Of a stretch of DNA of 64,000 bases, positions 52,106 through 62,301 are shown piece by piece; position 1 is the first letter of the stretch, and every line of letters starts with the position of its first letter. Source of the stretch: a virus (Duplodnaviria; Heunggongvirae; Uroviricota; Caudoviricetes); the IMG/VR virus record IMGVR_UViG_3300006155_000234; one strand, given 5' to 3'. The position numbers and the translations under genes were made by a program. Below the pieces are notes generated by a model. The model did no database searches and was not told where the DNA came from. It saw nothing but the letters and a program-made list of their open reading frames with translations.

Positions 52106-52930
52106 TTATTTTAACTCTCTTACATAATATATTGGTGAATTATATTTCTTTATAATTTGCTTTAATTCTCTATTTAAGTGTATATTCTCATTATTATTTT
52201 TAGGTATAATTTCATTTAGATTATCTCTTGTTATTCGATAATCTCCTACACTTCCATTTACTATTGTTGTAAAAGATATTAATAATATTGCTGCACTTAT
52301 ATACATCGCAGTATCTATTATTTCTGGTACATCACATATAGAAACTGAATAGCCATCATCTGTTTCTTCTAATTCTATCTTACAATCTACTTTATAAGGT
52401 GCTTGGGATGTAAACACTTTAGTTACTTCTAATTCATCTTTTTGTTCTGCTATTATCTCCTTTGTATTTTGATTATAGAATTTTAATTTACTGATTATAT
52501 TTCCTTTTAATTCATAGTATATTATAACTTGACTAAAATCTTTGTAAATTCTATTTCTACTATTTGATATATTCTCTAACATTTCTGGTTCATCATGTTC
52601 TTGTATTAATCTTAATACTTCATTTTCATCTGGTAACTCAATTTCAAATAAGTCATGTAAATCTAAAAATACATACCCACTTGTTAAGCAATCTCTAAAT
52701 GAATATGGATTTTTATTATCATTAAATTTTTTAAGTATAGGTAGTATTACATCTTTATCTATGTATATTCTGTCTAATCTATCATTTATTTTCAATGACC
52801 TATTATTCTTTAAAATATTCTTTTCCTTTTGTTCTTTGTGCATTTTAAGTAATTCTTTTTTATCCTCGTCATCAATACCTAAAAAATTCATTAATCTTTC
52901 ATCTTGTAATGCTCTTTCAAATTTTCCCAT
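52106..52930 (-). CDS. Hypothetical protein
   Basis: AAGGAG RBS before ATG 52930; promoter at 53005. Confidence 0.72.
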   Translation of the reverse strand: MGKFERALQDERLMNFLGIDDEDKKELLKMHKEQKEKNILKNNRSLKINDRLDRIYIDKDVILPILKKFNDNKNPYSFRDCLTSGYVFLDLHDLFEIELPDENEVLRLIQEHDEPEMLENISNSRNRIYKDFSQVIIYYELKGNIISKLKFYNQNTKEIIAEQKDELEVTKVFTSQAPYKVDCKIELEETDDGYSVSICDVPEIIDTAMYISAAILLISFTTIVNGSVGDYRITRDNLNEIIPKNNNENIHLNRELKQIIKKYNSPIYYVRELK

Positions 52931-53066
52931 AAAATTATTCTCCTTTCTAAATTTATATAACATCAATATGCTATTATATTAAATATAATATAAGTTTTAA
53001 ATTTTGTCAAGTATTTTTATATAATTTTAAAAAGATGTTATAAATAGTGGAAAGGAGTGATTTAAT

Positions 53067-53267
53067 ATGCCAAATAACAAATATAATAATGATGAAATTA
53101 CTACATTACATAATCTTTTAATAAGAAATAAAAAAGATAGAATTTTGACATCAGATGAAGTAAGATTATTAGATAGAATATATGAGAACATTAGTTCTAA
53201 TGAACACAGAATAAAAAGATGGTTTTCTCTTGAACACCCCTTTATATTAAATAAGGAATATAATTAA
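53067..53267 (+). CDS. Small hypothetical protein
   Basis: AAGGAG RBS. Confidence 0.65.
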   Translation: MPNNKYNNDEITTLHNLLIRNKKDRILTSDEVRLLDRIYENISSNEHRIKRWFSLEHPFILNKEYN

Positions 53268-53286
53268 ATTAGAAGGGACGATAAAA

Positions 53287-54306
53287 ATGATTATTGAGTA
53301 TAAAGGTCAAAAGTTAGAAACGAAACATTATACACCTATAACAGACGAAGAATTTCTAAAAATAAAAGAAGAATATTTTAAGAAACCTACATTAGAACAA
53401 GTTAAAGACCAGATATACCAACTTACAAAAGGAAATATTGCAAATAATAGAATAACTGCATATTACTTTAAAGATTTAATGTCAAAAGTAAAATTATATT
53501 CCTGTAAGTGGAGTGTTGAGGAAGTATTTGAATGTAAAGATTTAGTTAGTTTCTTTGTATCTAAAACAGAAGAAAATAAGAAAGTATTTACAGATGATAT
53601 GTCACTAGCAACTAAAGTATCAAGGTCAATACAGTTAGGTGGTAAAGGATGTGCATTACCACCTACACAATTTCCTTTAAAGGTTATTGATGAGATACTA
53701 AATCATTATAATATAAATAATAACTATTATGACTTTAGTTGTGGTTGGGGTGTTAGATTAACAGGTGCATTAAAAAATAGAATAAACTATTTTGGTACAG
53801 ACCCTAATTATCTATTAACAGAAAGATTATCTCAACTATCAACAGATTGGAAATCAACTGTTAGAAATAATAGTTTTGTTGATATAAGAACACAAGGAAG
53901 TCAATATTTTATTCCAGAGTGGGAAAATAAAATAGGATTAGCATTTAGTAGTCCACCATACTTTTATTTAGAAGATTATAAGATAGGTGACCAATCATAT
54001 AAAGAGGGAACAAGCTATGAAGATTGGAAATCTAATTATTTAAAGCCTACATTTGAGAATATATATAAATACTTAATTGATGATGGATATTTCTTATTGA
54101 ATATAAATAATTTTGAATCTTTCAAACTAGCAGAAGATAGTATAGATATTGCTAAAAGTATTGGATTTCATTTAATAGGAGAGCATTCTCTAAATCAAAC
54201 TAGACGAATAAGTTCTAAAGGGGAATTGAATGACAATAGTGAAAGAATTTTAGTATTTAATAAAAATGTAGATAAACAAACAAGAAAATCAAACAAATTA
54301 TTCTAA
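53287..54306 (+). CDS. Amino (N4-C/N6-A) DNA methyltransferase
   Basis: Motif I DFSCGWG; motif IV FSSPPYF. Confidence 0.85.
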   Translation: MIIEYKGQKLETKHYTPITDEEFLKIKEEYFKKPTLEQVKDQIYQLTKGNIANNRITAYYFKDLMSKVKLYSCKWSVEEVFECKDLVSFFVSKTEENKKVFTDDMSLATKVSRSIQLGGKGCALPPTQFPLKVIDEILNHYNINNNYYDFSCGWGVRLTGALKNRINYFGTDPNYLLTERLSQLSTDWKSTVRNNSFVDIRTQGSQYFIPEWENKIGLAFSSPPYFYLEDYKIGDQSYKEGTSYEDWKSNYLKPTFENIYKYLIDDGYFLLNINNFESFKLAEDSIDIAKSIGFHLIGEHSLNQTRRISSKGELNDNSERILVFNKNVDKQTRKSNKLF

Positions 54307-54493
54307 AAGTATTGACATATAATACCATATATGTTATTATAACATTGTTAATCATAGTTCTAAAAGGACATTTATAAGTCTTTTATGTGTGAAAGTTTGC
54401 TTCAAGCAATGTGTACTTTTAAGTACCTAGCCATAAAAGGCTTATTTTATTTTTGTAAAATATTAATGAGGAGATAAAATAGGAGGTACATAA

Positions 54494-55312
54494 ATGAGTA
54501 ATTTATTAAGTACAAGTGAAGCAGCATTTAATATGGGTGTAAATGTTTGTGTAACTAAAAGAGATAAAAGGACAGGTAGAATATTACAACAAGAAAAAGG
54601 TCATAACAGATGTCTAAAACAAACATTGTTAGGTATTGCTAAATACCTAAATGGGGAATTTAACCCAACACAGCCTTTAGTAAATGCAGAAAACCCAAGT
54701 TATAGATTAGAAGATGATTGGATACCATCTTATTTAGGAATAGGAACAAATATGGGAAGTTATAATACAGGTGCTGGTGTAACAAATGTTGTTACTGTAA
54801 ATGATACAAAGTTACTTTCAGAAATATCTCCAAGAATGAGATTACCTGAAAGAAATAAACTTATTGCAAGAAATGAACAATCTTATGTTCAATTAGTAAT
54901 TAATACTTATCTTCCAGATGAATTATATATAGGTGCTAGAATTGCAGAGTGTGGTTTATTTGCACAAGAAACAGGTAATAACTGTTTATTTAGAATATGT
55001 CTGGCAGAGCCAATAGTAAAAGAAGTAGATACTGTTGTAGAGATTATGTGGACAATATCTATTGTTTCAATAGATAGTCAAAACAGTCCTTATGTAGAAG
55101 TTGATAAATCTGATTTAAAACTTGCATTAGAACACATGTTGGATAGATATGCACAATATACAGATGCTGGAATGACTGTTGATATAAAGCCATCTGTCGA
55201 AACAATGAAAAATGCTATGTATGATTATTATAGAAGAGATATTGACCAAGAAGGTGTTGATAAAACAGTTGCAGAATTAACAGCTGATTATAATGCTTTA
55301 CCTACTGTTTAA
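54494..55312 (+). CDS. Tail/baseplate structural protein
   Basis: GHN..YLGIGT..DTKLLSEI..IAECGLF..WTI pattern; after a class B motif. Confidence 0.6.
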   Translation: MSNLLSTSEAAFNMGVNVCVTKRDKRTGRILQQEKGHNRCLKQTLLGIAKYLNGEFNPTQPLVNAENPSYRLEDDWIPSYLGIGTNMGSYNTGAGVTNVVTVNDTKLLSEISPRMRLPERNKLIARNEQSYVQLVINTYLPDELYIGARIAECGLFAQETGNNCLFRICLAEPIVKEVDTVVEIMWTISIVSIDSQNSPYVEVDKSDLKLALEHMLDRYAQYTDAGMTVDIKPSVETMKNAMYDYYRRDIDQEGVDKTVAELTADYNALPTV

Positions 55313-55512
55313 AAAATAATTTGACAAAATATTATTTATATGTTATTATAGATATATGTATTTCAAATATGTATATCAACTGAAATGATATACATATTAC
55401 CCACAAATTTTTGCTATGTGTGAGATAGCAAAATCCCATTCAAGAAATTGTTTGCCGACAATTTCTTTTTTATTTTGCTAAGATGTTATACAATATGAAA
55501 GGTAGGATTATT

Positions 55513-55701
55513 ATGAAACAACAAGAAGTAATTATAAAATTTAAAATGGATGAAGATATGTCTAAAGAGAGTAAAATGGATATTATATATGACCTTATAA
55601 ATGAAATTCAAGATAGATATATGTATGTAACAGAAGTAAAAATAGATAATGAAAAAGTTTTTGAATTTGATGACACAAAATTTAATAAGGAGGTGAAATA
55701 A
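55513..55701 (+). CDS. Small hypothetical protein
   Basis: ORF with AGGTAGGA RBS. Confidence 0.6.
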   Translation: MKQQEVIIKFKMDEDMSKESKMDIIYDLINEIQDRYMYVTEVKIDNEKVFEFDDTKFNKEVK

Positions 55702-55838
55702 TGTCAGCAGATATTGTTTTTATAATTGGTTTAGCAGTTGTAGGTATTTTTTATTTTATATATAGTATTGTAGATAGAATATGTCAATATAAAGAGAGGG
55801 TATCTGAAAATGAAAGAAAAGAAAGTAAGAAAAAATAA
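55701..55838 (+). CDS. 45-aa single-TM protein (not in ORF track)
   Basis: AGGAGGTG RBS; MSADIVFIIGLAVVGIFYFIYSIVDRICQYKERVSENERKESKKK. Confidence 0.6.
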   Translation: MSADIVFIIGLAVVGIFYFIYSIVDRICQYKERVSENERKESKKK

Positions 55839-56157
55839 AGTTTATTTTGCAGAAGGAGACCCAGATTATGGATGTATCTATATAGCAGCAAAAACAAGTA
55901 AAGAAGCAAAAAATATTGCATTATGTACATGGGTTGCAGAAACTGTATATAACCCATTTATAGAAATGAGAGTTTGTAGGGTATGGTCTGTAAAAGAAAC
56001 AGATTATGATGGTGAACTTAATATCAAGCAAATAAATGAACTAGGAATTACTTGGTGGGATTGTCCAGAATGTGAAAAAGAAGATTTTGAAATTATAGAC
56101 ACTTATCACTTTAAATGCAAAAATTGTAATTATGAAGGTGAAATACCATATATTTAA
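55810..56157 (+). CDS. Zn-ribbon protein
   Basis: CPEC..CKNC. Confidence 0.7.
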   Translation: MKEKKVRKNKVYFAEGDPDYGCIYIAAKTSKEAKNIALCTWVAETVYNPFIEMRVCRVWSVKETDYDGELNIKQINELGITWWDCPECEKEDFEIIDTYHFKCKNCNYEGEIPYI

Positions 56158-56172
56158 AGGAGGAACTGAATA

Positions 56173-56952
56173 ATGAAATATAATATAGGAGATAAAGTAA
56201 CAGTTGAAAAGATTATAAATAAACCTGTTGTAGGGTTATATTTTGATGAGAAAGAACCATGTAACAGTTATTATAGAGTGGAAACTACAAATACAACACA
56301 TGTAAAGCTAAGAGCTTCCATAGTAGAACCAGATAATGTCATATATAAAAAATCACTATATAAAAAATTAAGTAAAGATGAATTTAATAATCTTATAGAA
56401 AAGAATAAAACTATACTTCCAGTAAAAATTAAACATAAATATAATAAAGGAGATACTATAAGGGAAGGGTTTTATAAAGGATATATTATTGCAGATTTTA
56501 TTTTAGATATGGATAATTATAAACACAGTATATACAAAATCTATTCAAGTACAAACACAGAAACTATTAAGGTTTTATATTCCTTTATCGATAGTGAAAT
56601 AGATGTACCAGATGATGATTATTCTTCTTATAATAGATTCCCTACATATACTTATGATTATTTAAAAGAGCATAATATCCCTATTGTAGAAGTAACTCTT
56701 TGGAATAAAGATATAAAAGAGTTCCAAGGTTCATATTATTATGCTAATTCAGCTAAACATTGCTTATTTGAAGGGTGTTATGCTTTAGCCCCTGTAAAAA
56801 GACCAGTCATAGATAAATGGTGGTTACCTTGTAAAATATTAAATACTAATGTGAATTTAGAATATGTAAAAGATACTATAATAAAGGCATGTGGTGGAAA
56901 ATTAGATAGACTTGGATTTCCTATTGATAAAATATATGGAATGAATAATTAA
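56173..56952 (+). CDS. Hypothetical protein
   Basis: AGGAGG RBS. Confidence 0.7.
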   Translation: MKYNIGDKVTVEKIINKPVVGLYFDEKEPCNSYYRVETTNTTHVKLRASIVEPDNVIYKKSLYKKLSKDEFNNLIEKNKTILPVKIKHKYNKGDTIREGFYKGYIIADFILDMDNYKHSIYKIYSSTNTETIKVLYSFIDSEIDVPDDDYSSYNRFPTYTYDYLKEHNIPIVEVTLWNKDIKEFQGSYYYANSAKHCLFEGCYALAPVKRPVIDKWWLPCKILNTNVNLEYVKDTIIKACGGKLDRLGFPIDKIYGMNN

Positions 56953-57037
56953 AATATCTATTAGAATGACAAACCAGAATAGATTTCTGGGTAATTTAAA
57001 ATAAAAGTAATATAAGTTTATAGGAGGAATATTAATA

Positions 57038-57610
57038 ATGAAATTTATATATCCTGAATTGATAAGACAAATAAATGATGGTTTAATTATACCTAATAAA
57101 TTATGGGTAAAAGATTCTAATGGAATTGAGTGGTTTTGGAGAGATGGTGGATTTATGACTGGAATGAGAAGTGGGGATACAGAAGCACCACTTATATACA
57201 TAACAGATAAGTATAATATTGTAGATTTATATTCATTAGAACTTATAATATTATGTGATAAAGGTGTTTATCATAAAGTACAATATACTATTGAAGATAT
57301 AATAAATAAATATGCACACGATAAAGATGTAATATATTTTAGAAATACAAAAGACAATTCTCAATGGGAATTTATACCACTTAATAAGTCTGTAATAAGT
57401 ACAGAAACAGGTGAAAGTATATTTGATTTTCTAAATGAAGATGAAGTGTCTATGGCTAAATTTGAGATAATATGGAAAGAAGAAAGTTTGCCTAAAGAGG
57501 AAATAAAATCAATAACCTTAGATAGTGCATTAGAACAAATCAATGAAGTTAGAGAAATATTAAATAGATTAGAGAAAACTATAACATCAACATATCATAT
57601 TGAAGCCTAA
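57038..57610 (+). CDS. Hypothetical protein
   Basis: AGGAGG RBS; terminator after. Confidence 0.7.
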   Translation: MKFIYPELIRQINDGLIIPNKLWVKDSNGIEWFWRDGGFMTGMRSGDTEAPLIYITDKYNIVDLYSLELIILCDKGVYHKVQYTIEDIINKYAHDKDVIYFRNTKDNSQWEFIPLNKSVISTETGESIFDFLNEDEVSMAKFEIIWKEESLPKEEIKSITLDSALEQINEVREILNRLEKTITSTYHIEA

Positions 57611-57679
57611 ATTTAGGCTTCTTTCTTTTTGGTAAAATATTAATGAGGAGATTACTCAATTTCAAAGGAGGTAAAATAA

Positions 57680-59860
57680 GTGGCAGATACAGATTTAAAC
57701 AAAGTAATTAAAATGGATTATGTTCCTGTCAAAATAAGTTATACAAGTAAAGATTATGCATCTATATTAGATGATTTAATAAATTCAGTTTCAGGAATAA
57801 CAGAGAAATGGCAAGTTTTAGATGATAATGACCCAGGAGTAATAATGATAAAACTTATGTCAATAATAGGAGATATGCTATTCTATACTCAAGATATGCA
57901 AGCCCTAGAAGTGTATCCTAATTCTGTTACTCAAAGGAAAAATGCTGCTACGATTTATAAATTAATTGGTTATAAGATGAGGTGGTATAGAAGTGCAACT
58001 TTAACAATGCAATTAGTAAATACATATAATCAAGCTGCTACCCTACCTAGATTTTGTACCTTTACTACACAGGATGGTATATCATATACTACATTTAAAC
58101 AGTATGAATTAAAAAATAATATGACCAATAATGGTGTTATAAATGAGGTAGAATTAATACAAGGAACACCTATTACACCAGTTAGAGTTTCTACAAACCC
58201 TTATCCAGGTGCAGGTAAACCTTGGCATAGTATATATGGTTTCAATTATACCACAGATGATTTAGTAAATAATAGAATTTATTTAAGTGAAAAAATGATA
58301 GATGATACTCATATTATTTTAGTAGATGATAGTAATGAGGAATGGATATTAAAAGATAATATTTATTTAACTACTACTGTTGGTAAGTTTTTTGAATTTG
58401 GTGTAGATGTTAATGATAATCCATATATAGAAATTATAGATTATTGGGGTAATTTTAATATTTCTAAATTTAAGTTATTTACTATTAGAACATTAGGAGA
58501 AAATGGAGAAATTCTTGCAAACACATTAAAAGAGTGTACAGGTAATGCTTGGGCTTTAGGTGGTACACCTTCAAATCCACAAACATATAATGTTCAAGGA
58601 TTTTTACATTGGACACATGGAGATAGTAGTTGGGGTTATAATTATGAAACACCAGATGAGGCTAGAAAGAATACACCTAAATTTCAAAACACAATAGATA
58701 CACTTATTACTCTAGCAGATTTTGAAAGAGCAACATTAAGATTAGATGGTGTTGCTAATGTAAGAGCAACAGATTTAACTAATGACCCAGGAATGTCTGT
58801 AAATTATCAAGTTGGAGATATAAATGAAGATGGTAGGATAGATGTACAAGATTATAATTTACTGAATAACTTTTTAGCAGACCCTACATTATACCCACTA
58901 ACACCATACCAAAGAAGATTAGCAAATTGTAAAGGAAGTAATGATGGTGTAATTACAACAGAAGATTTACAAATGTTAGGAAATTATATTAGAGGAGATA
59001 TATTCGATAGTAGTAATAATCCATTAACAGGAAATATAGGAACTAAATCAATACCTGATATTGAAACACTTACAAATTTTGTTGTAAAACTATATATATT
59101 AAGAACAGAAGCTTATGAAGACTATCCTGACGAGGAATTTGAAACAATAGTAAAAACATCTTTACAAGAATATAAAATATTACCACTACAATTAGTTGTA
59201 GATTTGCACTCAATAGCTAATTACTACTGGACAATAAAAGGAACATTTATGACAAAAACACCATTATCAAGAGATGAATTACAAACAATAATGGTAAATA
59301 TAAATAATCAATTAAAATATAAATATTCAATAGAGAAAGTTAATTTTAATACTATAAGAAATTATAGAGAAATTATAGAAACTATTTTAGCAGTTGATAG
59401 TAGAATATTGATGGTAGATTTAGACCCAATACAATATACAGATGTACAAGGAAATATAGTACCTAAAGAACAAGTTACGGGAAAATATAAACTTACAATA
59501 CCTAGATTAGATAATCCAAAAGATTCTGATAATCTTGATTATAAATTTACTATTCCAAATGTACCTCTATTGCCAGGTTCAATAATGATAAAAGTTATAA
59601 CACAAAGTGATGAATATACATTGAGAGATAATAATAATGGTGCAATATTTAATATTGATGGTATTCTTCAAAAGAATGGTAAAATAGATTATATTACAGG
59701 AGAAGTCACATTAGCATTTAATATGCCTGTAAATGCAGATTTACAAATAGATTATGTTCATAATGAATGTACTATTGCAAGATATGAAAACTTATCTACA
59801 AACTATTTCTACTTTGAACCAGGTTCATTAGAAAAAGCATATATGCAAGATTTAATATAG
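57680..59860 (+). CDS. Baseplate wedge protein (T4 gp6-like) with a dockerin insertion
   Basis: SYTSKDYASI..DPGV..IGYK..ELIQG..TLITLADFE; GDINEDGRIDVQD..DGVITTEDLQMLGNYI. Confidence 0.82.
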   Translation: MADTDLNKVIKMDYVPVKISYTSKDYASILDDLINSVSGITEKWQVLDDNDPGVIMIKLMSIIGDMLFYTQDMQALEVYPNSVTQRKNAATIYKLIGYKMRWYRSATLTMQLVNTYNQAATLPRFCTFTTQDGISYTTFKQYELKNNMTNNGVINEVELIQGTPITPVRVSTNPYPGAGKPWHSIYGFNYTTDDLVNNRIYLSEKMIDDTHIILVDDSNEEWILKDNIYLTTTVGKFFEFGVDVNDNPYIEIIDYWGNFNISKFKLFTIRTLGENGEILANTLKECTGNAWALGGTPSNPQTYNVQGFLHWTHGDSSWGYNYETPDEARKNTPKFQNTIDTLITLADFERATLRLDGVANVRATDLTNDPGMSVNYQVGDINEDGRIDVQDYNLLNNFLADPTLYPLTPYQRRLANCKGSNDGVITTEDLQMLGNYIRGDIFDSSNNPLTGNIGTKSIPDIETLTNFVVKLYILRTEAYEDYPDEEFETIVKTSLQEYKILPLQLVVDLHSIANYYWTIKGTFMTKTPLSRDELQTIMVNINNQLKYKYSIEKVNFNTIRNYREIIETILAVDSRILMVDLDPIQYTDVQGNIVPKEQVTGKYKLTIPRLDNPKDSDNLDYKFTIPNVPLLPGSIMIKVITQSDEYTLRDNNNGAIFNIDGILQKNGKIDYITGEVTLAFNMPVNADLQIDYVHNECTIARYENLSTNYFYFEPGSLEKAYMQDLI

Positions 59861-59870
59861 GAGGTAGAGT

Positions 59871-60596
59871 ATGAATTATAGCATTATAGAAAGTAAAAAT
59901 AGTATCCCATGGGTTCTTAGGCAATCAAGAGATATGCAAGCTTGGTGTAAACTATTTGATTTACTTTTAAATAACTTCAAAACTAATACAGATTACTGGG
60001 TGTCTTTAATCGACTATGACCAATGTCCCAATCACTTGTTGCCTCTTCTTGCCAGTTATGTAGGCTATAGATATGATTATACAGAAAGTTATTATACAAA
60101 CAGACTTATAATCAAAAACTATATGAATATGATTAGGAATAGAGGTTCTGAAATTGGTATGTCATTAGCAACAGCATTATCTGTAAATGCTTTGGGTGAA
60201 ATAGATAAAGTTGAAAGTTTATCAATGTTTCATATAGATTATGTTGTTAAAGATGGTAAAATCAAGATATATATTTACTTTCCAGCAAATATGAGTAAAG
60301 TTAGAGATTTAATAGAAGTAGTTAGACCAGCAGGGGTTGGTTTAGAATTAATACCAGCAGAAATTATATCTACAATAGATGAAATTCAAATTTGGACTTA
60401 TGTAGACCCACAAAAATTTAGTTATGATATTACAAGATACACAGTAAGAGATGAGCATTTAGGAGATAAATTAGGGGATGATGGAAGTGAAGATATGACC
60501 CCATGGCAATTCTCTAATGAAGGTGTTGGTTTTGCAGAGGTTGAAAATGAGAATAGACTGAGAGATAAAAATAAATATGACTTTTTAGAAGAATAA
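59871..60596 (+). CDS. Baseplate protein (P2 gpI/gp7-like)
   Basis: DQCPNHLLPLLASYVGY..RNRGS..VRPAG; directly after the gp6-like gene. Confidence 0.7.
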   Translation: MNYSIIESKNSIPWVLRQSRDMQAWCKLFDLLLNNFKTNTDYWVSLIDYDQCPNHLLPLLASYVGYRYDYTESYYTNRLIIKNYMNMIRNRGSEIGMSLATALSVNALGEIDKVESLSMFHIDYVVKDGKIKIYIYFPANMSKVRDLIEVVRPAGVGLELIPAEIISTIDEIQIWTYVDPQKFSYDITRYTVRDEHLGDKLGDDGSEDMTPWQFSNEGVGFAEVENENRLRDKNKYDFLEE

Positions 60597-60600
60597 TAGA

Positions 60601-60626
60601 AAAAGACTGTATTTAATACAGTCTTT
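60601..60626. terminator. Bidirectional terminator
   Basis: aaaagactgtat-tta-atacagtctttt between convergent genes. Confidence 0.75.
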
Positions 60627-61126
60627 TATTGTTCATTTAATTTTAAACTTATATAGTTCAATATATTTACAAACTTACTATGCAGTTCTCCGTCTATTGG
60701 AAAATAACCTATATTATCTTTTTCACATAAAACATTTTCAATATCTACTAATTTATCATATTGTTGTTCGTCTATTACATCTGAGTTTATAATTTTCTCA
60801 TTTAAGTTCCAAAGTTCATTCCATAAGTAAGTTGGAAATACATCTTCATTCCATACTTTATTTATAGTAGATTTTTCTTCAATATCAAATAAAACTTTTT
60901 GAATTATAAGTTTTATATCTTTATCTATTTTAATAATTCTATCTGGTTTTGCCATATTTAGTAATACTTGTAAATCCCATCTAATACTATCTAATTTTTC
61001 ATTTAAGTAACTTTTGTATGGTTTTTCTCTAGTATATATTTCTATTTCAATAGCTTTCAATCTATCTTTTATGTTACCAATAGCACTTTTAGCTATTCCT
61101 ATTTGATTTTCGTTTAAATAATCCAT
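60626..61126 (-). CDS. Hypothetical protein
   Basis: GGAGG RBS. Confidence 0.7.
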   Translation of the reverse strand: MDYLNENQIGIAKSAIGNIKDRLKAIEIEIYTREKPYKSYLNEKLDSIRWDLQVLLNMAKPDRIIKIDKDIKLIIQKVLFDIEEKSTINKVWNEDVFPTYLWNELWNLNEKIINSDVIDEQQYDKLVDIENVLCEKDNIGYFPIDGELHSKFVNILNYISLKLNEQ

Positions 61127-61137
61127 AATATTACCTC

Positions 61138-61530
61138 CTATCCAAAGGCTTCTACTGTGTATAGTGTTCTTTTACCACTTTCCCATTTTGCTATTGCTTC
61201 TAATGTTGATTTAATTTCACCAGTACCCCAAATGCTTTTATTTAATTTTAAACCAGCATTGTTTAAAGCATCTTGTAATGCTGCAGATTTCTTCTCATAA
61301 CCCCAACCAGTTGCTCTTCCTGAAGCTCTAAAATTTTCTTTACCACTAACCCAAATACAACAAGTTACAGTCCCACCTTTAGTACAATAAAATCTACAAT
61401 CTATCCAATGATAAAATTCTTTGTCTAAAACTATATAACTACACCAAAAATTATCTTCTTTCCTATAATTTATATTAAGTTCTTTTTTCTGTTTCTCTTT
61501 TCCTAAAATTTTAATTTTATCTTCATACAT
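61138..61530 (-). CDS. Hypothetical protein
   Basis: AGGAGG RBS. Confidence 0.7.
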   Translation of the reverse strand: MYEDKIKILGKEKQKKELNINYRKEDNFWCSYIVLDKEFYHWIDCRFYCTKGGTVTCCIWVSGKENFRASGRATGWGYEKKSAALQDALNNAGLKLNKSIWGTGEIKSTLEAIAKWESGKRTLYTVEAFG

Positions 61531-61543
61531 AATAGTATCCTCC

Positions 61544-61936
61544 TTAAAATTCTCTTATTTTTTCTGCAAAATCAGCTAAATCAATAGCTTCCCAAAGAAT
61601 ATCAGACATATAGTCAATATCTTTACTATAAGTTTTTTGTATTATATATTCTGCAATATCTTCATTGAAATTATGAGTATTTAAAATTACTTTCTTTAGG
61701 TCATTCTTAAATTCATCTACTTTATTGGAACAACTTTCTTTGTATGCACTAAGTTCTTCCTTGTATTTATTCTCAAGTTCTAATCTATGCTCTCTGTTCC
61801 ATCTAACTGATTTTTCCTCATCATATACATAATTTTCAATATGGTATCCTTCTGGTTTTGTTGGATATGGTAGTTTTGTTTCGTAACCTCCATTTGTCAA
61901 TTTTGTTTGAATATTATCTATTGTATATCCTATCAT
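61544..61936 (-). CDS. Hypothetical protein
   Basis: GGAGGTG RBS. Confidence 0.7.
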   Translation of the reverse strand: MIGYTIDNIQTKLTNGGYETKLPYPTKPEGYHIENYVYDEEKSVRWNREHRLELENKYKEELSAYKESCSNKVDEFKNDLKKVILNTHNFNEDIAEYIIQKTYSKDIDYMSDILWEAIDLADFAEKIREF

Positions 61937-61939
61937 TAT

Positions 61940-62200
61940 TTACACCTCCTCTAAATTTGGAATTATATTATATTTACCACATTCTTTAATAAATGCTTCT
62001 TTTGAAGTAAATACTTTTACTTTTATATCTTCTTTACAAAAAACATTATAATTTCTTTCTGCTATGGAAACTCCTGTTCTTTTTAAACTTTTTCTAAAAT
62101 CTGTTTTGTTTTCACCCCAGTCATTAGTAAACCATTTTACAATAGAATTATCTCTACTATAAGGTCCATTTACTATAACTAAACCATATAAATCTTCCAT
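61940..62200 (-). CDS. Hypothetical early protein
   Basis: First gene after the duplicated promoter cassette. Confidence 0.7.
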   Translation of the reverse strand: MEDLYGLVIVNGPYSRDNSIVKWFTNDWGENKTDFRKSLKRTGVSIAERNYNVFCKEDIKVKVFTSKEAFIKECGKYNIIPNLEEV

Positions 62201-62206
62201 ACTTAA

Positions 62207-62297
62207 AACCTCTCCTTTTCAAAATTATTATTTCCTTACTATGATGTGATTATACTATAAGTTTTAAAATATGTCAAGGGTTTTTTCAAAATTTATT
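62207..62297 (-). repeat. Inverted copy of the 1343-1433 promoter cassette
   Basis: 91-bp identity. Confidence 0.92.
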
Positions 62298-62301
62298 AAA
62301 T

